DNA of 63,207 bases, filler included, from Choristocarpus tenellus KU-1152 (Eukaryota; Protista; Phaeophyceae): assembly GCA_964200185.2 (NCBI GenBank). It is 7 parts of 7 records of this genome, joined end to end, with 100 filler letters (N's around TTAATTAATTAA, not from the genome) between each part and the next. Parts side by side here need not be neighbours in the genome. Positions count along the whole stretch, not along the records: positions 48,970 to 54,481 come from CAXNAD020010560.1; positions 54,582 to 60,592 come from CAXNAD020009176.1; positions 60,693 to 63,207 come from CAXNAD020027163.1; 4 more parts are not named here. The stretch is one strand, 5' to 3'. Positions 51,235 through 63,207 of this stretch are shown in pieces. A program made the position numbers and the translations under genes. A model generated the notes under the pieces. That model was given only the letters and a program-made list of their open reading frames with translations. It searched no databases and had not been told where the DNA came from. How positions within the stretch are numbered: the first letter of the stretch is position 1; each line of letters begins with the position of its first letter.

Positions 51235-53968
51235 GCAGACCAGGTGGATTAGAAAAGATTAATTGAGGGAGGAAAAGTGTATTATGGAAAGAAATGGGCT
51301 GGTTAGAAACACAGTAGATGGCTCTGTTAGGGGGTGTAAAGAATTGTAGTTTATACCGGTGTATCTTACTGGCAGGACATATGTTATTACATTCTCACCT
51401 CTTGTATAGCAGTTCTTGGGAGGTACATTATACTTGTTCAATTGCAAAACCAACCGATTTGATTTGAGTCATGGTGTGGAGGGTATTAGGTGTTGCCAGC
51501 TTGACCATGTTTTGGGGCAGTTTATTTGCGCCAGAAAGCAAAAGCTCTTGTTAGGCTCCCCTTTGATTCTTGTGATACATTAGATGCTTCTTTTTCTTGT
51601 AGATTTCACAGTAGTACATCTTCCATGTTATGCTGCATGCCCCCGCACAACTCCAGAGTCAAGTTTTATAATATTATGGATCTATTTTGTTGTGGCAGGC
51701 AGCAGGGGCGGACAAGTGTGTTTCTAGTAATAAATGCAAGATGAGTACAAGTAGTGAGTGTGGTGTACATCGCTGCAGAAACATTTACGTAGACCACAAA
51801 GAGTCACAAATGTGTTTGTCTTGATTGGATGTTTGCTTGAATGTGTATTGCGTATGTATTCGTAGATAGATACTGGTAGCTTGTTCCAGGTGTTGCCATG
51901 GAGGATAAAGAAACAGTGGAAAATCCCCTATTGTTAGTTTTGTTGTTTGTGTGATGCTGTTTGTTATCAGTTCCAAGACTTCTGTCATTTATAGTTCTAT
52001 GGGGTGATTTGAATGGCTCAGAAAAGATAAACACATTACAGTTTGGCAATAGTAACACACACACCAAATGTGTTAGGCAGAGACTCAACTTAAGTTTAAC
52101 TTACTAGATGCTCAAATCTGAATATTCCAAGGTCAATTTACTCTCTGAGATGAACAAAATTCACATTTTGTGCAATTGATTGGGTTTGTGCTGGTTAGGC
52201 CTGACAAAAATGTGCCCATGCTGCTGTGGTGTTGAGCGTCTGTGTATACCTTGTTGACTTGCGTTACTCCTTTGTTGTTCTTTATCATGTGTGCAGGTGT
52301 TACGCTACATCTCCCTTGCATAGTGTGTGGTATGTTTTCGCTTGCTCTCTGAGTACTAGTTTAGGGTAGGGACACAAGTTATCCCAAAGGGGGGTGCCGT
52401 TGTCTGTAAGAAGTCTCTCTGACGGCTTTCTGATTTTGATGTATAATGTGTGCAATCGTCCAACTCGGCAAAATATCTTTCCTTGAGCAGGATGCGCGTC
52501 CTTTCTCCTGTATCCCCATTCTTTTTTTGTGTGTATGTACGTGTGTTATTGGTAAGTTAAAAATGCATTGATTATTTAGAGCATCCTTCTTATGTGAAAA
52601 ACAAGAACTTGACATGTTTAGTCCGAATGGAAGTGTGGGTACATCGTCTACAAAGGGGACTTCATTCAAAATCACAACTCCGATCTTTCAACCTCCATCT
52701 TAATTAATTTTTATTTTATTTATGGTGTTGGATTTTATATATTGAGTTCTACATAGGCTAAGAACATACATTCATACATATTGCTTGCAGTGTTGTGCAA
52801 CCAAGTGGAGTATAGAGGGTTGGTTGTTTGGGAAATCAGGTTGAGTTTTGGTTAGATAATTTTTGAAGATATTTTCAATTGCCGAAGTTTGAGGCCTTCA
52901 TTCTCATATGTGTCGTTGTTGTGGGTTCAGTGAACTTGATCTTCGTCCGTTGTACAATGTACAAGTTGATTGCACACAGCTGTGAAAGACATTCCCGAAG
53001 TCCGAATTCCGACACGTGAATCATTTGCTCGCCTGACGTAATCAAGGGAGACCCCCGACTATAGGGAAGATATAAACAGGAGGGGAGGACGCAAGCGTAA
53101 AGCAACACATTCTTGTAACCACCAGAACCACTATTAGCACTATGGAACCGAAGCTTGATCAGGGCCAGGAAAAAAAACGAGATTCCCCTGACAAGGGTGG
53201 ATAAAAGAAGAGTGAAATTTAACTCCCGCACATTTAATCCCCTTTCCTGAATGGTTAGAAACTATTCCTCGTGCGTTGCGCTTAGGTTCGTAATCTTGCG
53301 ACCTGTCAAGACTTGGAAGTATGTAGAGAATCAGTCGACGATTATTGCAAACATCAAATTTATGGAGTGTCCTCTCACAAGATAGAGCAGTTAGATAGCA
53401 AATTCTTCAGGTCGTGAAAAGGTGGTGAAAGAAGATGATGAGGGGGACCATAAAAGGAGGAGCGAGATGAGAATTTGGTGCAGGACAAAGATTAAGGAGT
53501 ACAGGTCATGTTGTTGGTTCATGTATGCATGAAGGCAGTGCAATGAGAAAATAATATTGGAACGCATGCTACTCTTCTAATCGATAAAAAATATCACTAA
53601 CACACACTCACCTGGTACGAATACTATTAGCAGTGTGCACAGTAACTGCCATAAACAATGTAACACCATACAAACGGTGTGAGTACTCAGACTTGGTAAC
53701 TAACACCCTCTCGTATACGGATGATACGTAGGGTATGCAAAATGATGGTGTTATTAAAGCAGTATATATATATACTCCAGAGTAGTAGATGATTAGCATC
53801 CCCCAGATTGTTACACTTGTACACTAATTTTCGTGTTCTGAGTGGTGTTTAAACTGAGACTGGGCTAGTACATACATCTTGCCAAACTGGTCAGCACCCG
53901 ACTCTTCTAAAGCTGTTAGAGGCCTGGACTGGCCCTTAACTATTTATATTACCAAGCCACCTTGCTGC

Positions 53969-54142
53969 GGTTCAAAGTATCTGAGGGGGTGACGGTTGTG
54001 GGTCAATTTTTTCATGTATGTCGCGATTTTTGTGTGATTTGGTGGCATACATCGGATGGATAATGTAAGTGCACCTTTCCTGGTTTGCCCCAAATGGACA
54101 CCCTGGTGTAGACCCCCCCCCCCTTCCCAGATACTTTAGGTC
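53969..54142. mobile_element. MITE, subfamily B, with 3-bp TSD TGC
   Basis: tgc|GGTTCAAAGTATCTGAGGGGG...CCCAGATACTTTAGGTC|tgc. Confidence 0.8.
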
Positions 54143-55683
54143 TGCCCAGCCCCAGTAAATCCTAACGTCCCTGGTCTGGCCCTCTCAAAAACAATATTAC
54201 CGAGCCAGCTCGCCATCTGGCCTCGTCACGATATATCCCGTCTGGTATAAATTCCTGAAAATATCATGCTCTAAACTTAATCATCCTCTGCGATAATTTA
54301 CTATTACCTTTTTTGATTACTGGTGAAATGAAGTCTTTCCAATGGCACTAGTTATTGACAATTCCCTAGTGACTCGTTCTCATGAAAATTTCCATTTTCA
54401 AAATTATATACCTGAGTCAAAGTGTCTTAGAGGGTAGAGCCGCGTCCATTTGGGGGGCAAAGTCCAATGTTACAATTTTGANNNNNNNNNNNNNNNNNNN
54501 NNNNNNNNNNNNNNNNNNNNNNNNNTTAATTAATTAANNNNNNNNNNNNNNNNNNNNNNNNNNNNNNNNNNNNNNNNNNNNAATGAAAGTGCCCTTTTCC
54601 TGGTTTTGTCCAAATAGACACTCTGGTGCAGCCCCCCCCCCCCCCAGATACTTTGGGTCAATCTTAGATGCAGATATCAAGGAGATTGGCTTAATACTTC
54701 TAAAATGATGAACAGAGGTGGTATCAAACCATTTTAGAAAACATTTTGTTCATGCGATGCAAGCCAGAAACAATTCTGTGAGTATGGCAGTAGAGCTAAC
54801 AATACCACTACAAGATCAAGTCAAGAAACTGGAAATTATCTCAAATCGGACGTCATTTTCAGAAGTCATCAAATCACGAACTATGGGGTGGATAGTGATA
54901 TATTGGTGTATACTACAGATCGTGATATTTCAGTGTTTTGTTACAACTTGAAGAATTTTGCAGAAATTAAAATTTATCCTTGCATAATATTCACAATGGT
55001 ATTATATTCAATTTGGTGGCGTAAGGTCGAAGCAACACGTGGAAATGATGAATTCAGTGTATATGAAAGACTGTAGCTCACAGGAATATCGCATAGACCA
55101 TATTTTGCTATTTCAGTCTTAAGAGAATTCAGAAATATTGTAGGCTCCAGGGACACGATGCTTGTGAAGCAATGTTCGATCCACAATATCCTAGAGGAGG
55201 GGTCAGGTGTGTATTTGGGGCCTGTACGACCCTGTAGTGATTTCCATGCCATACGAATTGATGTATCAGATATAAAGGTAATTTTCTTCATCTGAAAGCA
55301 CTAACCTTTTCAATCCCCTTTCTGAACCAAATTTGAACGAAAATCAATATCAAAATGGGATATCTTGTAATACCTCATCAAGCTCTAACTGGACAGGCTG
55401 GGCTATACTTCCCCCACTCTAGTATACTCTGTCCCTTACCGATCTGGATGAACGTATGACTTCTCCAAGTTTTTGAAAATATTTTCATTCAGTGCAACAA
55501 GCACTAAGTTCAATACAAGCTAAAATTTAGTCCAATTGTTGTACTACTTCAGAGAGCCCAACAATAAATTCATCGTTTTGCACCTAGCCCTAGACCTTCT
55601 CAGGAGGAGTATAATAAAAAAAATATCAAGTACTGTACTAGAAGTGATCTAGAATATGAAATGTGTTTGCCATAGAGAATTCT

Positions 55684-55947
55684 GAGTCAAAGTATATCAT
55701 ATAGAGTAGAGTCATGTCCATCTAGGTGCAAAATCCAATGTTGCAATTTTGATGAAATGTGGCTATCGTGTTTGTTAGGAAGTAAGTGTCAATATCCTTG
55801 TTCCGGACACACCTTTTCGTAATGAAAACATCTTGCCTGCTCTGAAATGTTTCGGAGTAGGTAAAATGTCATAAAATGACCCGTGGGAAGCCAAGTTCCA
55901 AACGGACAAACAGGGCAAAACTATTACTCTCTGAGATACTTTCGCTC
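55684..55947. mobile_element. MITE, subfamily A, with 3-bp TSD TCT
   Basis: tct|GAGTCAAAGTAT...GAGATACTTTCGCTC|tct. It ends 33 bp upstream of a coding exon. Confidence 0.8.
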
Positions 55948-55980
55948 TCTATGTCCACTAATGCTATTTCATTTTCCCAG

Positions 55981-58900
55981 GTCGGCACTACAGAGGATGA
56001 ACATCTGACTGCTGCTGCGGAGGGATTGGATGGTTCACTTCTCATGGCTGGAGCAAGTGCAGGGAACTTTGCTTCAACGAACCCAGGTTATGGTCTTGGT
56101 GACTTTACTTGTTTAAGCTTGGATGCATCTGGGACAGAACAGTGGCGCTGGCAGGTATTGTGTACTGTATACCACTGTCCATACAAAATGAACATTTGAT
56201 TGGACGACTTTGTTGTAGTTGGGGACTGTTATTCTCACCATTTGCCATACGCTTTCTTGGCGAGCAACTTATTTTGAAGGATTAAGGTTAATGAAATCAA
56301 TTCTTGATTTGATCAGAGTGGCACTCAGGTGGATGACAAGATGCATGCCATTGAGATTGGAGAAGATGGATCCATTTTCTTAGGAGGATACACATATGGG
56401 AGCTGGAGAAGTACAAGCACTGGAGACAAGGACTTCGCAATGGCGAAACTGGACAAAGATGGAAATGAACTGTGGACGTGGCAGGTATTTGTAACTAATG
56501 TGCTGAGGTGATGGAATTCATTCTTGGAATTCAATGTTGCTGTAGCTGTAAGGATGTTGGGCCTAGGTTAGATACGGAGAGCAACCTGCAAATAGCGTTT
56601 GCAGTCAGATGTAGAAAAGAATATGGAGTGATAGCAGTTGATTGTCTGTCTGGAATGGCTAGTAGGGGGATAGGAATATTGAAATCACTCACCAATCCAC
56701 CAAGTATACTGCAGCAGCAAAGTGGAACTCCTATGTATGTTCTTCTGTCGACTTGATAAACCATCCCAAAATAACACTCATGAACAAAAAATGTGCGTTT
56801 GGGGGTCTGCCATCTTGATCCTATCTGCTGCTGCGACAAGCATGCCTGAAGTCGCTATTGTGCCTAAACCAAGTTGTGTCATTGGGCAGTTAATGCAAAA
56901 TATGTCACTATTCTTGAGTTATCTCGTTATTGAGGGGTTGCTGATATATTTGGTCCAGTTTTCAAGTGATTATAAATTAATTGAAAACTTCTTGGGAGGA
57001 CACAAGTCAATGCGAGGTAGATACAGGAGAATAGAATGCATACTACATTGAAACTCAGGCCACTGGAACCCTGCTTCCCCATGGAGGAAGATAGCATCTG
57101 CATGGAATCTTATGTTATTGATTAGAGTCGGAACATCTCTAGCTTCAACATAGTATCTATATATATTCTCATTCAGCAATATTTTATACCCATGCTCATG
57201 TATGAATTCAGGAGGATGCATCAGTGTTTAATATGCAAGAGGGGGGAGCCCCAGTTATAGTAATATATCAGCAGAACAATCTCCAGAAGACGTGGAGATC
57301 ATATCAAAATTCTCAATTCTCTCACCACCCCTTTGTTGTTGAGAGCATATTCGCGTGATAATATATATGGGCACGGACTACTAGTCATATGATTTTTCTT
57401 ACACATGGTGTTGAAGTGAGTTTGAAGGGAGAGATGTAAATTTGATGGTTAGCCAAATGACAATATGAAGTGTTTGTGAACTTATTTTGGGAAATGTATC
57501 AAAATGCACGCCTCAAGCATGACAATGGACGAAAGAGACCATGTAAATGGATGCCACACCTGGATTTGGCACTGGAAACTTACTTCCGTGGTCTAGGAGC
57601 TCAAACCTTTCAGTCATGATATCTAGCTATTGTGCTGTGAGTCTAGTTATTCCATAGTGTATAGTCGCATTCTATTTTCTCTCTCATGTTCCATAGTGGT
57701 GGTATGTTAGAATTTAAACTCCGAGTATGACTTTGTCAGAAAAATACAATTTTAGCGTAAAGGGTTAGGGCTAGTGGTCAGAAATATTCTTCTTTTCAGA
57801 AATATTCTTCTTTTCGAGTCATTCATGGAAAGACCCTTGAGCTTTGCTAGTGGTCTATTGTACTGAAATTGAATGTTGAATACTGGACATGATTCATTGT
57901 ATAGTAACCCGTTCATGATCTCCATTGCAGAGGATAAATATATACATAATGCAGAACATTGGAAACGTCTCTTCAGAGCATGATCTGAATTGTGAGTTTC
58001 GAAGGACCATTGTTTACTGTCTTAGAAATTTGTTAAAGAGGCACTAACATCCTTGACACTGCCACTAGTGGGATAACGCTTAGCATAGCATCAAGCGCTT
58101 AATACTGTGGAGTACATAAGAACGACAAAGTGCATATCTTGTGATATGCCCACATTTACTAAGTGGTATAGTTGCACCAATAAATACCAAGAACATCTGC
58201 TCCACAGTTTTCTAGTCTAAGAAAAATGGTACAGGTAGCCCAAGGGCGCAATACAGGGAGGAATATTTTGGTAGCCTTTTGATTCTTAAGAGAAGATATC
58301 ATTATCCTTACACAATACGTGATGATCATTTTCTATTACCTTCCTGATCACAAGCCTGAGCCTGTGGAACGTATTTTCTGTCCATGACAACGCCTGCAAT
58401 ATATCTGAGCCTAATCGCATTATGAATCTTATCAATTTGCGATAGTTGATCGATCAGCCCATGTATCTTAACAGACTCTTCTGTTCCACCCTAAATCGAT
58501 AAGAATTAGAAACAAGAATGATAACCACACACACCACTGTGAATCCTTTGAAGCTCTGCTTCAAACTGGGACAACAAGCTGCCATAAAAAGGAATCTGGA
58601 AGTGCACCATACGCAACCTGACTAATGTTTTAGTGAACTGAAAATGTAAATTATCTCGAGACTGCATCATGCAACCAATAATTATCTTGATGCTCTGCTC
58701 CACTATGTTTAGATTAGTCAATGGCAAGTGGATCCTTAACAATGCCTGTACTCTGAGACACAGTTGCCACGACTATATCTTCAAGTGTTGATATTTCAAG
58801 GTATTTTCAACCTAACCTTGATAGGATGTGATATCAAATATTGGAATGATACGTTGGTCTGCTCTCAAGAATCATTACATGCACTCCTGTAGTTCAGACC

Positions 58901-60025
58901 TATGGTTACATGATCCTTCTATTCCATGTGACAGGATGGCACTGACAGTGACGATTATATTCGATCTATTACACTGGATAAAGACGGATCTGTGTTCGTG
59001 ATAGGAGTCACTGAAGGGAGTTGGGGTGGAGTGAGCATGGGATTATACGACTTTGTAGCCATGAAATTTGACACAGATGGGTTGGAGATATGGCGCTGGC
59101 AGGTGAGTAACGTCATGGCAAGAGAACGAGATTTGTGCATCAGGAATTTTTTTTCTGGGCTTGAATAATTGGTGTACTCATTAGAAATAATGATCATGAG
59201 ATCCATTTTACAGAAACATGGTTCCCTCATCTATGCCCTTCATGAAACAGCATGGCACAAGTGCTGATGATATAGTAAACTCAGTTGTCTCTAAAGGTGA
59301 TGGATACTTTTATTTGGGTGGCTTTTCAGAAGGGAACTGGAACGGTGTGTCTGCTGGAGGCAGAGATTTCGTGGCTCTAAAGATGGATTCCAACGGGATG
59401 CAACTGTGGGAATGGCAGGCAAGTATTGCACCTGCAGAAAAAGTGATCATGACCTCTCGTTCGAAATAAAAAGTGATCATGACCTCTCGTTCGAAATAAA
59501 AAGTGTCAACCACCCAACTCGAAACCTGTACCCTTAATTTGTTAGGATGGCACTTTGGAGGATGACGAGATTCATGAGGTCGCAATTGGATCTAATTCAT
59601 CTTTGTACCTGTCAGGATTAACTGCGGGGAGTTGGTATAGTTTAAATCAGGGATTGTATGACTTTCTTGCAGTCAAACTGGACATCAGCGAACCACCCAC
59701 ACCCTCACCGACACTGGCACCAACTCCTGCACCAACTCCTGCACCAACCCCTGCACCAACCCCTGCACCAACCCCTGCACCAACCCCTGCACCAACCCCT
59801 GCACCAACTCCTGCACCAACTCCGGCACCAACTCCTGCACCAACTCCGGCACCAACTCCTGTAGCAACACCTGCACCCACACCCTCACCAACGCCTATGA
59901 CGGATATAGTGGTATCATCTGTCATCTTCAGTGTTGTAGGGGGAGCTGTAGTCCTCCTTACGTTTTCAGTATGGATGTGGAAAATGGTTTGGGAGTTTGC
60001 CTATGGAGCTTGTCAGGAAGTATAA
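55981..60025 (+). CDS. Cell-surface protein with beta-propeller (SBBP-like) repeats, (PTPA)n stalk and TM helix; 5'-partial
   Basis: Phase-0 exons at 55981-56154, 56317-56484, 58935-59102, 59251-59418 and from 59546 each encode one repeat, xGT..DD...DGS.(F/L).G.T.G.W......DF...K(L/F/M)D..G.E.W.WQ. The last exon continues into PTPA repeats and [25 protein letters not shown]. It ends either at the stop at 60025 or at a possible donor at 59987. Confidence 0.85.
59438..59505 (+). repeat. 30-bp intronic tandem duplication
   Basis: aaaaagtgatcatgacctctcgttcgaaat occurs twice, followed by a partial third unit. Confidence 0.85.
59717..59860 (+). repeat. Coding 12-bp tandem repeat x12 (APTP stalk)
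   Basis: GCACCAAC(T/C)CC(T/G) repeated 12 times. Confidence 0.9.
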
Positions 60026-60891
60026 AATACTAGTTTCCATGTAACCTATGAGATCCAGTGCTTATATTACTGCATGTAATGGTTTTGGGGTGTTCGTTGA
60101 TATGCATATAAGTATGAACAAGGAGGAAGGACGGGGAGGAGACCTGTCGTCCGTGAAGGTTGGAAGAATAGGGTTAGCTGCAGATAGGAGCTAAGCTATG
60201 GGAAATTTAGCTCTCGCCACACACCCCTCCTAAAAATTTCAACCTACAGATTTTTCAGGATAGAGTGGAAAGATCTTGTGGACTGTATGTGACATTTCTA
60301 CACCCAGTTTGGTCAAGTCATATCCGTGTTGTGTTTCTTGTACACCATGCGCCAGGGATAGCTTGTTAAAACCTGAAGCGAATGCATCTTACTTGTGAGC
60401 AAAACGCATAGACTATAAGCGATGAGGAATCATATTGTTGCAAATCACCGATGAGTAAAATGCGTAGTCTGTGTTGTGCAGAGAAGTGATTGTGCTGCAA
60501 AGCACCGATATATATATATGTATGTATATATATTGTGAAAGTGTCAAAGGTGCCAAGTTCTCTGCTCAAGGGGGCAATCACAGTCACCGGACNNNNNNNN
60601 NNNNNNNNNNNNNNNNNNNNNNNNNNNNNNNNNNNNTTAATTAATTAANNNNNNNNNNNNNNNNNNNNNNNNNNNNNNNNNNNNNNNNNNNNGTTCCCCC
60701 TTTTGGGGTTCCCTACGCGTGTATACTGCTTGCGCCAATCAAAGCGCGGGAATAAATACTTGCGCTATTCGCCTGTAACATGCCCCCCAGCGTGAACTAG
60801 GTATACATGTTTCATGCTTACCACAGGCGATTGTCACCGGCTAAGACAATAGATATTACCTGTCACCTCAGATCACGCTGTAGCAGCATGA

Positions 60892-61150
60892 GAGTGAAAG
60901 TATCTTAGAGGGTACGAGTTTTTCCCTGTTTGTCCATTTGGGGCTTGGCTTCCCATGGGGTTTTTATGATATTTTGCCCACTCCAAAATGTTTCGGAGTA
61001 GGTAATATGTATATGTTATGAAATGGTGTGTCCGGGACAAGGATACTGACACTTCCTAACAAATGCGACGGATAAAATTACATGGAAATCGCAACATTGG
61101 ATTTTGGCCCCCAAATGGACGCGGCCCTACCCTCTAAGATACTTTGACTC
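60892..61150. mobile_element. MITE, subfamily A (inverted), with 3-bp TSD TGA
   Basis: tga|GAGTGAAAGTATCTTAGAGGGTA...TACCCTCTAAGATACTTTGACTC|tga. Confidence 0.85.
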
Positions 61151-61742
61151 TGAGTTAGTTGCCATCAAGTAAAAGATGGGCTCCAGTTCCAACTTGTCAG
61201 TTGTCTCCAACCCAGGGACCTCAGTTCCAAATTCCAGATAGTTCCAACCAATGATTTGACATATCTCTCAGTTTCTTCTTGAGAATATTTCCTCAAAAGT
61301 CTTAAGACAGTCAAAATCAATAAATGTCTGAGCTAATCAGAGTATATATTTTTGTTAACAATATATAACTTCAACTAGGTCCGGAATCGATCAACACATA
61401 TCCATGTTTTTCTTGGGATAATTTATCCTAAGAGGCACAGAATATATTTTGCATCTCGGCTACTCTGAGTATGTACTTGCTCTTTCTGAAACATCTTCAA
61501 AAATTGCAAAGTATACACCTCTGACATGACCTAAAAGGAATGGGACCCCAGTTCCGATCACCTTAATCATAAATGATTCATCTCCACAATTCTTTTGAAA
61601 AGAGTCCATCCACAAGGTCATAGGATACACTCTTATTCAAATTGTGCCTGCCTAATCTAAAAATCCCTGTTCTTTTGGACTCGGACTTCAGCATAACAAA
61701 ATGGAGAAAATAAGAAAATCCGAAAATACAACAAAAGAAGAA

Positions 61743-63207
61743 TGTATCCTATATAACAACGTTTACTAGAAGTGATTGTTGCTGGTGAAGACAATAGACG
61801 TCATTAATCGCCTCAAATCATCCTGTAGCAGGGAGAAGGAAGAGCAGAAAAATATCCCAAGCTTCTACTAGGCCTAAACATGTATCCTTATCCTACTTGG
61901 GGAAATCTGTCTGCGTCTAGCCTAATTCTGAGGATATATCCGTTCACTCTAAGGTACAGCTTTCCTAGAGTGCCAAGTATCATCCAACTATTGCCTGTCT
62001 CATGCCCCCCAGCACGAAGCATACCGATGGCTGCTAGTGCGTAAAGCAGGCCATAACATCAATGTTAGCCTATAAATCGGTTAGTCCTCACGTACCTTGC
62101 CTTCTGGGTGCATAGGGGTTACCTGTTGGGTTATTTTCGGGAGAAACGACTCATTTCACTTTTGTTCATTTCTTCCCAATCCCCATCATTAAACCGTACC
62201 CTTCAGTATGGTGACTTGAAGTCAAAAACTGTACCAATGTACCACTTATCCTTTCCCTTCTCGTCTTTCCATGACTTCTTGAGAGTGGTACCTGTGGGGA
62301 AAAGGCGTAATGCACCCTCTCTAGACAAGGGTTTTCCTTGGTGGGAGGTGTCAGTAGGGCGTGGGCTCGTGTCTGGATTATAGAGGTCCCATAGGGCATG
62401 GACGACTTGTAACTGTAGTGGAGTGAAGCTATCCATAGCCTCTCTCTCAGTAATCCAATCTGACAATTCCCCATTCCGGTACTTTCCCCTGTACTCCCAA
62501 TGCCATACATTGGATGGCGACAATATTGCTTTTCTGTCTATAAGAGTATACATGGGGGTAGCTACCACAGATTGCTCTGACAAGCCTAGGTCCGACTCCC
62601 ATACTAGTTAAGCATACTCCTCTTGAAAACTATGTCTTAGATGAGTGGGTCGTACGTGAAATGGTTTTACGTGAGAATCATGAACAGTATGAGTGCGAGT
62701 TGCCTGCCTAGCAGCTCTACTGTCATGCTACTACTTTGATATGCTACCTGTTTCACAGTCCATGGTCCTGTCCATCTTTCATGGACTAATTTTCTGTCTA
62801 ATCTTGTCTCGCCTAATCTTTCCCATAAATAGAGCTGTCTACTTCTTTTACTAGGACTAGGTCACCTTGTTTGGATCCGAGTCCTGGTGAGGACCTAGCT
62901 ATCAAAGCATTGGCTCTCTCTCTCTGTCTCTGCCTAACGGACATCCTTCTCTCCCGGACTTCTCGTACCTCCCTGAAGTTCTGTCTACGCTGTTCGATAA
63001 AGGAATCCAATCCTCCAACCTCTACGTCCCCATCCAACATTGGTACAACTGCATCTAGCTGTGTGCGGGGGTCACGGTTAACCAGGACTTGGAAGGGTGT
63101 GGGGTTGAGCGGGTCAGAGGGATCTGGGGTGGTGCGTTGTGTTCATAGATAGTGCTGCTGGTACACTATAGACACCATCGGTGGAGTAGATTAGGAAGTG
63201 CAGACAC
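61743..63207 (-). mobile_element. Ty3/gypsy LTR retrotransposon 3' end (integrase C-terminus, chromodomain-like and Tudor-like tail, PPT, 3' LTR), decayed
   Basis: The minus strand carries QGDLVLVK and KLVHERWTGPWTV (GPY/F motif), then WEYRGKYRNGELSDWITE and WYIGTVFDFKSPY*RVRFNDGDWEEM, ending at 62131. A PPT GCTGGGGGGCA is followed by a TG...CA-bounded candidate LTR at 62002-61743. Confidence 0.8.

Noticed and set aside
59647-59925. Minus-strand (GVGA)n and alternate-frame (HQPL)n ORFs
   Set aside because: These are shadow frames of the PTPA-coding tandem repeat.
17735-60692. Recurrent TTAATTAATTAA palindrome between N-runs
   Set aside because: It is an artificial scaffolding linker with stops in all six frames, not a biological repeat or CRISPR.
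62203-62205. In-frame TGA as programmed readthrough or selenocysteine
   Set aside because: The element has other stops and frameshifts; TGG-to-TGA decay is the simpler explanation.

Overview
This is intron-rich eukaryotic draft-genome DNA, most consistent with a brown alga or a related stramenopile. That assignment is an inference from the gene families, the TTAGGG repeats and the transposon types. Six 100-bp scaffold gaps carry an artificial TTAATTAATTAA linker, and there is one 10-N gap. Seven spliced genes were reconstructed by hand: the first exon of a DUF1015 protein (-), a large MAP2K-type kinase with long insertions (-), a signal-peptide Mip/FKBP PPIase (+) head-to-head with the kinase, an orphan coiled-coil/ubiquitin-like gene (-), a BCP1/BCCIP homolog (-), the 3' part of a membrane-anchored S8 subtilisin (+), and a surface protein built of one beta-propeller-like repeat per exon plus a (PTPA)n stalk and TM helix (+). 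Mobile DNA includes a decayed, 3'-truncated Ty1/copia element, a Ty3/gypsy 3' end with a chromodomain-like plus Tudor-like tail, an RTE-type LINE fragment, a SINE-like dispersed repeat, and a clan of MITEs with shared termini and 3-bp TSDs. The most notable observation is that the FKBP gene has two intact, tandemly duplicated terminal exons. They differ mainly at synonymous sites, and only one ends in an ER-retention-like signal (SSEL).
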